Below, piece by piece: positions 58,296 to 64,000 of a DNA stretch of 64,000 nucleotides. Both the position numbers and the translations under genes were made by a program. The first letter of the stretch is position 1, and each line of letters begins with the position of its first letter. Under the pieces are notes generated by a model. It was given only the letters and a program-made list of their open reading frames with translations. It had not been told where the DNA came from and did no database searches. Origin of the DNA: Dehalococcoidia bacterium (GTDB taxonomy: Bacteria; Chloroflexota; Dehalococcoidia; Plut-88900). Location: the NCBI GenBank assembly GCA_965197585.1, contig OZ240215.1, forward strand, positions 1,280,001 through 1,344,000, in the 5' to 3' direction.

Positions 58296-59636
58296 TTGCT
58301 TGAGTCCCTAACCGAAAAGTTAACATCCATACTCAAACGCCTCGAAGGCAGGGCCCGACTCACCGAGGAAATCATCAACGAGGCCCTCCGCGAAGTCCGC
58401 CTCGCTCTCCTCGAAGCCGACGTCAATTTCAAGGTCGTCAAGACCTTCGTCTCGACTGTCAAGGAACGCTGCCTAACAGCGGAAGTCCTCGAGGCCGTCA
58501 CCCCTTCCCAGCAGATCCTCGCAATAGTCCACGAGGAGCTAACCAACATCCTCGGCGCCGAGGGCCACGGCCTTGAGTCCGCTGACACCACCCCCGGCAT
58601 CATTCTCCTCGCAGGCCTACAGGGCTCAGGTAAAACCACCACTGCCGCCAAGCTGGCCCTCCAGCTTCGGCGCGACGGCAAGTCTGCCCTCCTCGTCGCC
58701 GCCGACCTCCAGCGCCCAGCTGCGATCGACCAGCTCGTGTCCCTTGGCAAGCAGCTGAGTGTACCCGTCTATAGCGAACCCCCGGACTCCGACCCCATCG
58801 ACGTATCCAAGCACGGCCTTCAAGAGGCCCGGGACCAGGGTGTCGACTGGGTCATCGTAGACACCGCAGGACGCCTCAATATCGACGATGACCTTATGGA
58901 GCAGCTTGCCCTTATCAAAAAGGCCGTCTCGCCCACCGAGTCCCTTCTAGTCGTCGACTCCATGACCGGCCAGGAGGCCGTTAGTGTCGCCGAGGAGTTC
59001 AACAAGCGCATCGGGCTGACTGGCCTGATTCTCACCAAGATGGACGGCGACGCCCGGGGTGGTGCAGCCCTGTCCGTGACCTCCGTTACAGGTGTGCCAA
59101 TCAAGTTCATCGGCGTCGGCGAAAAAGCCGACGCCCTCGAACCCTACCATCCGGACAGGCTCGCCTCCCGGATTCTCGGCATGGGAGACGTCCAGACCCT
59201 CGTCGAAAAGGCCAAGCTCAGCATGGACGAGGCCCGCGCCAGGGAGATGGAGCGCAAGATGCGCAATGCCACCTTCACCCTGGAGGACTTCCTGGAGCAG
59301 ATGCACCAGCTGCGGGAGATGGGCGGCCTGGGCCAGGTCCTTGACATGATCCCCGGCATTGGCAAGCTCAAAAACCGCATCGGCCCCGGAGACCTGGACG
59401 ACGACAAGCTCAACAAGACTGAGGCCATCATCCTCTCCATGACCCCGCAAGAGCGCCAAAACCCCAGCCTCATTGGGGGAAGCAGGAAGCGGCGCATATG
59501 CAAGGGAAGCGGGACCCTGCCCCAGGACGTGAACCAGCTCCTGAACCAGTTCCGCCAGATGCAGAAGATGATGAAGGCTATGGCCGGCACAAAGTCCCGC
59601 CTCCGCGGCCAACAAATGGCCCAGCTGTTCAGGTAG
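58296..59636 (+). CDS. ffh: Signal recognition particle protein
   Basis: ALLEADV, GLQGSGKTT, DTAGR, TKMDG.ARGG, Met-rich M domain. Confidence 0.98.
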   Translation: MLESLTEKLTSILKRLEGRARLTEEIINEALREVRLALLEADVNFKVVKTFVSTVKERCLTAEVLEAVTPSQQILAIVHEELTNILGAEGHGLESADTTPGIILLAGLQGSGKTTTAAKLALQLRRDGKSALLVAADLQRPAAIDQLVSLGKQLSVPVYSEPPDSDPIDVSKHGLQEARDQGVDWVIVDTAGRLNIDDDLMEQLALIKKAVSPTESLLVVDSMTGQEAVSVAEEFNKRIGLTGLILTKMDGDARGGAALSVTSVTGVPIKFIGVGEKADALEPYHPDRLASRILGMGDVQTLVEKAKLSMDEARAREMERKMRNATFTLEDFLEQMHQLREMGGLGQVLDMIPGIGKLKNRIGPGDLDDDKLNKTEAIILSMTPQERQNPSLIGGSRKRRICKGSGTLPQDVNQLLNQFRQMQKMMKAMAGTKSRLRGQQMAQLFR

Positions 59637-59824
59637 TCAGTCCGGGCTTCGGCTCGCATTTCGTGAGCGTGCTCCATTTGGGGGCAGCGAAGTGAGCGCT
59701 CAAGTCCTGCATTCCAGCTCAGGGCCCGGAATGACGGTAATGCAAAGGCCTCGCCTCGGCGGACCCTCCAGAGGCGGGTGTCCACTTTAAGCGCGGCGCT
59801 TCGGCATGACACGGGGGAGGGACC

Positions 59825-60139
59825 TTAGAGATTCAGCTCTTCCACCCGTGTCGGGCGCTCTAACCTGTAGTCGAGGCGCTTGCTCGAGCTGCGGCCCTTG
59901 ACATACGGGACAATGCGCGCATCGAATGCGATTGTGCTCCGAGCGGGTATGGGAGAGCTCCACTTGCCTTCCTGAAACCAGACGTGGTCCGTAAGCTGTA
60001 CGCCTGTCTCCGAATCTTGTATGTCGGCCAGCATGATGTGGCCGAGATATCTATTCCGCTTTTTCAATACGGCGATGAACCGGGCTCGCTTGCCTACGAG
60101 CTTTTCAAGCGCCTTTCTGTATCCCTTAGCTCTTCTCAA
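59825..60139 (-). CDS. Small basic hypothetical protein (TDHxWF / FDAR..Y.KG / DY.L.RPT motifs)
   Basis: Strong RBS GGAGGA 7 nt before TTG. The motif pattern resembles, from memory, a widespread phage-associated family of unknown function. Confidence 0.7.
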   Translation of the reverse strand: MRRAKGYRKALEKLVGKRARFIAVLKKRNRYLGHIMLADIQDSETGVQLTDHVWFQEGKWSSPIPARSTIAFDARIVPYVKGRSSSKRLDYRLERPTRVEELNL

Positions 60140-60314
60140 CTATTCCTCCAAAATGCACCGTTATGAAACCCCTCGGTCTCCACCTGCTTATGCTTCGGGG
60201 GAGCCGGGATGAGTGGCCGCTCCCGTAGAGGGCTTCACACCAGAGGGACACTTTCGGCCTGATCAGGGCCGGGGGCTATCCTAGCCATTACGTTCTTGAG
60301 TGCGTCCAATGGGG

Positions 60315-61628
60315 TCAGGGTGGGCGGGGGCGGCCTCTGGCGGTGCGGCGGGTGGTTGGGGAGCCGGGTGCGAGGTCATCGTGCGGGATAGATGCACGGC
60401 TCGGTGCGTCTTGCTGAGGAGGATTTTCCGGTTGCGGCGTCTTTGATGGCAGGCGCGATTCTTCACAGGGATGGATTTCCGCCTCGGCGCATCTTCGACC
60501 TGCCTCTGCAGGAATGACGGTTAAGTCATCGCGGTGAGGCCCTTCGTTAGGTGGGATGTCGGGGAGGGGATTGGTCTCCGACTTCTCGGGAATGACGGTT
60601 GAGGTGGACGGGGCTTCGCCGTACGGTGGCGGGTCTTCTTCATCATTGGGGTATTCGTTGTCGGGGTAGGAAGGAAAGGGGTCCGGGTCATCGGGGTCAT
60701 CAGTGAAGATATCCAAGTCGTCGGGCGGGTCTTCGAGGTAGTGAGACTCGGCTTCTTCACAGGCATTGAGGTTGGCGAAGTATTCGGCGTCTCCGGGTGG
60801 CCGGGGATCCTGGGGGCCGATGAGGCCGAAACCTTGGCGATGCTGGAGTGGGACGAGGTGCCTCCAGGGCCACCATTTGTCGCCGGGCTGGGCCATGCGG
60901 ACAGGGAGAAGGTCGAAGAAAGTCATCTCTCCCTCATCGACGGTCTTGTGGAAGACCTTCTTGATGAGGGCGTCGATCTGCTCCTGGTCGGTGAGTTCAC
61001 GGGGCATTCGGGAGCTGGCGGGGAGGGACCTGGCGAGGATGCGGAGGTAGCGGGAGATCTGGACGTGGTCGATGGGGCGCTTGCTCAAGAGGCGGTTGGT
61101 CAGGGAACGTAGGAGGGCGATTTCGCCTTCCATGCCGGGGCTGTCGGGAGACAGGCGGGGCAGGGAAGGGCTGACAGTGGCGAGGGAGCGGCGGCGATGG
61201 GGCCGTCGGCCTCTGACGTGTCCACTGCGCCCGACGGGGCGGGTATTCTTCCGCGGCGCATTGCCGCAGGCATCCGCTTCTGCGCCAAGGGCAACAGTGC
61301 GGGATTTCTTCCGCGGCGCATTGCCGCAGGCATCCGCTTCTGCGCCAAGGGCAACAGTGCGGGATTTCTTCCGCGGCGCATTGCCGCAGGCATCCGCTTC
61401 TGCGCCAGGGGCAACAGTGCGGGATTTCTTCCGCGGCGCATTGCCGCAGGCATCCGCTTCTGTGCCAGGGGCAGCAGTGCGGGATTTCTTCCGCGGTGGA
61501 TTGCCGCGGGCATCCGCGAGGGGGTCGGGCTGGGGGTGCAGACCAACCGCCTCTTGAGCAGGCGCCCCGACGGTGAGTCGGGGGGAGGGGTTTGACAAGG
61601 GTTTGTTTTGTGTTTTGGATGGTGGCAT
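60315..61628 (-). CDS. Low-complexity hypothetical protein with 20-aa tandem repeats, EIALLR helical core and acidic tail
   Basis: 437-codon ORF directly downstream of a good promoter; the repeat unit preserves frame; strong charge segregation. Confidence 0.55.
   Translation of the reverse strand: MPPSKTQNKPLSNPSPRLTVGAPAQEAVGLHPQPDPLADARGNPPRKKSRTAAPGTEADACGNAPRKKSRTVAPGAEADACGNAPRKKSRTVALGAEADACGNAPRKKSRTVALGAEADACGNAPRKNTRPVGRSGHVRGRRPHRRRSLATVSPSLPRLSPDSPGMEGEIALLRSLTNRLLSKRPIDHVQISRYLRILARSLPASSRMPRELTDQEQIDALIKKVFHKTVDEGEMTFFDLLPVRMAQPGDKWWPWRHLVPLQHRQGFGLIGPQDPRPPGDAEYFANLNACEEAESHYLEDPPDDLDIFTDDPDDPDPFPSYPDNEYPNDEEDPPPYGEAPSTSTVIPEKSETNPLPDIPPNEGPHRDDLTVIPAEAGRRCAEAEIHPCEESRLPSKTPQPENPPQQDAPSRASIPHDDLAPGSPTTRRTARGRPRPP
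61246..61517. repeat. 60-bp tandem repeat, about 4.5 copies
   Basis: Unit TTCTTCCGCGGCGCATTGCCGCAGGCATCCGCTTCTGCGCCAAGGGCAACAGTGCGGGAT, near-identical copies, no spacers. Confidence 0.97.
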
Positions 61629-61641
61629 GAGCTTGGGTGGG

Positions 61642-61690
61642 ATAATAGAACGTGTGTACTGTTTGAGTCAAGGGGTTCGTGTCACATTTG
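61642..61690 (-). promoter_or_regulatory. Sigma70 promoter with LexA-like box abutting -10 (copy 3, best conserved)
   Basis: Minus strand CAAATGTGACA-CGAACCCC-TTGACT-18 nt-TATTAT. The plus strand reads AGAAC-GTGT-GTACT, one mismatch to AGAAC-N4-GTTCT. Confidence 0.65.
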
Positions 61691-61838
61691 GAGAGGGTGA
61701 ACCTTCCAGCGTTACGCTGCAGGAGCATATCGACGCTGTACTTTCACGGGTGGAACCCTCACCCCCTTGATCCCCCTCTCACGCCACAGGCGCATCTTCG
61801 ACCCTTAGGGTCTGTAAGGGAGAGGGGGAGATAAGAAC

Positions 61839-61877
61839 AGAGGCCCGCATTGGCGCTCTGCGCCAATGCGGGCCTCT
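61839..61877. repeat. Perfect 18-bp inverted repeat (hairpin) within a repeat-rich intergenic region
   Basis: AGAGGCCCGCATTGGCGC-TCT-GCGCCAATGCGGGCCTCT. Confidence 0.85.
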
Positions 61878-62062
61878 AGTTCAGTACTGGAGGAAAGGGG
61901 GAAGGGAACAGCTTCACGCTCGACGCTTACCTTTGACGGGGATCAGGATGAACGACCCTGGGGATGGATTCACGCCTGAGGCGCACGCCCAGGCGCATCT
62001 TCGACATCTTCGACCCGACCGGAGTCGGGAGTGACGGAGGGGGGATGGTGGGGAAGAGCGGT

Positions 62063-62989
62063 TTATCCGGTGAGATCAATCCCCGCCCCCAACCCCGCAT
62101 ACATATACGTCATCGCCGGCACTTTGTAGTCGCCCCACCTGTCCGTGAAGGCCTCCACGTCTTCCGGCGACACTGCACGGCCGTCCATGAATACGTTGGA
62201 AATCGTCTTCAGCAGGTAGAGGTCGGACGTCGGCAGCACGTCGTTCCGGCCGAGAGAGTGGCAGAGAATTCGCTGCGCCGTCCACACCCCAATTCCCCTG
62301 TAAGCGACCATCGTCTCCGTCACCGACTCATTGCTCATATCCCATAGCAAGTCCAGGTCCAGCTCGCCGAGGGCCACGGCTTTTGCCAGGTTGTGGATAT
62401 ACTCCGACTTCCTCGCCGAAAGTTTACATGCCTTCAGTTCCTCGACACCCGCTTCCACGAACCTTTCGGGCGTCGGCGAGAGCCAGTACTCCTCACCGTT
62501 CACGCTGACCCGCTCCCCGTACTTTTCGATCAATCTCCGCTGCATGGTCAGGGCAACCTTCGTCGAAAGCTGCTGCCCGAGTATCGTCCCGACCAGCGCC
62601 TCGAACAGGTCCGTATCGAGTCCCGGCTTCAGCCCCCGGAACCTGTCGATTGTCTTACTCAGCCCTGTATTCTTCGCCGCCATCCCATAGAAGCCGCTGA
62701 GGTCGTACGCCGTGTTCAGCCGCCATTCCACCTCCGATACCAGCGCACCCATCGACTCTATTTCAAGCTCCTCTCCCTCCGCCTGCACCTCGAGCCTGGG
62801 CTCCTCCACACTACCCACTGACGTTACGGAGATCAACACGGGCCTTCCCCCGGCCCTGGTCATCCGGCGCCACACGTCGTCCTCAATGCGCTCCGTCCCC
62901 AGGCCCACGGCGTACCAGCTCGCGTGTCTAGCAGTCAGCCCGAAGTCGAAGGGCGGAACGGGATCGATGTGGGCGGTTAGCAATGCCAA
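62063..62989 (-). CDS. alkA: DNA-3-methyladenine glycosylase II (AlkA, HhH-GPD)
   Basis: PPFDF, FEALV.TILGQQLS, LSARKSEYI, RGIGVWTA, P.SD. Start approximate. Confidence 0.9.
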   Translation of the reverse strand: MALLTAHIDPVPPFDFGLTARHASWYAVGLGTERIEDDVWRRMTRAGGRPVLISVTSVGSVEEPRLEVQAEGEELEIESMGALVSEVEWRLNTAYDLSGFYGMAAKNTGLSKTIDRFRGLKPGLDTDLFEALVGTILGQQLSTKVALTMQRRLIEKYGERVSVNGEEYWLSPTPERFVEAGVEELKACKLSARKSEYIHNLAKAVALGELDLDLLWDMSNESVTETMVAYRGIGVWTAQRILCHSLGRNDVLPTSDLYLLKTISNVFMDGRAVSPEDVEAFTDRWGDYKVPAMTYMYAGLGAGIDLTG

Positions 62990-63051
62990 AACGCGGGCCA
63001 GTATAGCACTGCCCGTGTAGTTGCGGGCCTGGAGGGGGCGTGGCAACACTA

Positions 63052-63080
63052 TTGACACGCCGCGTATCAACTAATATAAT
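63052..63080 (+). promoter_or_regulatory. Consensus sigma70 promoter with overlapping HAIR-like inverted repeat
   Basis: TTGACA-17-TATAAT; TTGACACG-CCG-CGTATCAA has the TTGA-N11-TCAA spacing of HspR operators. Confidence 0.7.
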
Positions 63081-63129
63081 CCGTATAGCATTAAATGCCG
63101 TATCACATAGCCAAGAAGGGGCGGTGCAA

Positions 63130-63477
63130 ATGAGACGAGAGGGCGTGTACGTCATGCGGGTCGCCTCCCGACTTTCCGGGATGCACCCCCAGACCCTGCG
63201 TAAATACGAACGGTTCGGGCTGCTGGCCCCCACGAGAATTGGGGCCCTGCGCATGTACTCCGATGCGGACATCGCCCTGCTAAAGATGATAAAGTATTTG
63301 ATCGGCAATCTGGGACTCAATTTGGCAGGAGTGGAGTTGGCAATGGCGATGAGATCGGGCTTGAAAGCGCTGCAGCGGCAGGCCGAAGATATGCCTGCCG
63401 ATTCGCCTTCGAGACACAACATGGGCCGCACCATCGAACAGATGCTCCGCCTCATCGAAGCCCCGGATGCGCGGTGA
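63130..63477 (+). CDS. hspR: HspR-like MerR-family regulator
   Basis: VY...VASRLSGMHPQTLRKYER.GL, R.YS..D, GLNLAGV; adjacent to grpE. Confidence 0.88.
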   Translation: MRREGVYVMRVASRLSGMHPQTLRKYERFGLLAPTRIGALRMYSDADIALLKMIKYLIGNLGLNLAGVELAMAMRSGLKALQRQAEDMPADSPSRHNMGRTIEQMLRLIEAPDAR

Positions 63478-63481
63478 CAAG

Positions 63482-64000
63482 ATGTCATTAGACGACGATT
63501 TTAGCCAGTTCATAAAAGGCCCCGCCGGCTCCGAGTCAGGCCTCAGCGCCCGGCTCGAAGAGCTCGAGCAGGAAGTCAACCGCTTGCGGGAAGCGCTTAA
63601 TCGCAACCGCGCTGAGCACCTGAACTATAAGCGCCGTATGGAGGAAGCCGAGACCCACCGCACTGCACAGGCCGCCGCCCTGCTCACATCCAGTTTGCTG
63701 CCGGTCCTTGATGATCTGGATCGAGCCGCGGGCGCCGGTCCGGCCACGGGCCGGGTCAGTGTTGGAAGTGCACAGGAAAGGGTCTGGAAAGAAGGAATGG
63801 AGCTGATCCGGGACAAGCTGATGTCCATTCTGGAGAAAGAGGGTCTTCGCAAGGTCGAGGCGCTGGGTAAACCCTTCAACCCGGTACTCCACGAAGCCGT
63901 CGCCCCTCACCCCACCCACACCATACCGGAAGACACCATTGTCGCCGTTCAGCAGCACGGATATACACTCAACGGCACGCTCCTCAGACCCGCCAAAGTT
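63482..64000 (+). CDS. grpE: Nucleotide exchange factor GrpE, 3'-truncated by the window edge (absent from the ORF track)
   Basis: ATG at 63482; RAEHLNYKRR, LLPVLDDLDRA, FNPVLHEAV, GYTLNGTLLRPAKV. Confidence 0.93.
   Translation, partial: MSLDDDFSQFIKGPAGSESGLSARLEELEQEVNRLREALNRNRAEHLNYKRRMEEAETHRTAQAAALLTSSLLPVLDDLDRAAGAGPATGRVSVGSAQERVWKEGMELIRDKLMSILEKEGLRKVEALGKPFNPVLHEAVAPHPTHTIPEDTIVAVQQHGYTLNGTLLRPAKV

Noticed and set aside
59637-59822. SRP RNA next to ffh
   Set aside because: No helix-8 CAGG-GNAA-AGCAG motif; the region is made of palindromic repeat fragments.
60250-60272. Hammerhead ribozyme (minus strand CTGATCAGGCCGAAA)
   Set aside because: The core CUGANGA is broken (C in place of G8), and no complete stem II/III could be built.
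61246-61517. Possible CRISPR array
   Set aside because: Contiguous 60-bp units with no unique spacers, length a multiple of 3, and no cas genes; it is a tandem repeat.

Overview
GC-rich bacterial chromosomal window, most consistent with Chloroflexota/Dehalococcoidia (SAR202-like); this taxonomy is inferred from gene content only. 1-2.1 kb: end of a cobalamin/siderophore-type ABC uptake operon, a cobU remnant and tRNA-Ile2(CAT). 2.2-15.7 kb: catabolic hydrolase cluster with four amidohydrolase-2 paralogs, two divergent ureohydrolases, a two-domain family III CoA-transferase and a phosphotriesterase homolog. 15-20 kb: MshB-, MshD- and MshA-like genes plus a GNAT and folE. Most of the rest is housekeeping: thrC, hom, rpsF-ssb-rpsR, glyA, comF, otsAB, mfd, tilS, pncAB, purFMH, dgt-dnaG-rpoD, lysA, holB, ffh, alkA, hspR, grpE. 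The most unusual signals are five: (1) a Fic gene bracketed by four phased 65-bp repeats next to a broken PLD-nuclease gene; (2) a dispersed promoter module with a LexA-like box in three copies, each preceding an ORFan or decayed ORF; (3) a structured motif shared by the glyA leader and the leader of a small unknown gene; (4) several families of nested palindromic repeats, some inside coding sequences; (5) apparent non-canonical start codons for tilS and the mshD-like gene. No CRISPR array, rRNA, integrase or transposase was seen. All calls come from reading the sequence; no searches were run.
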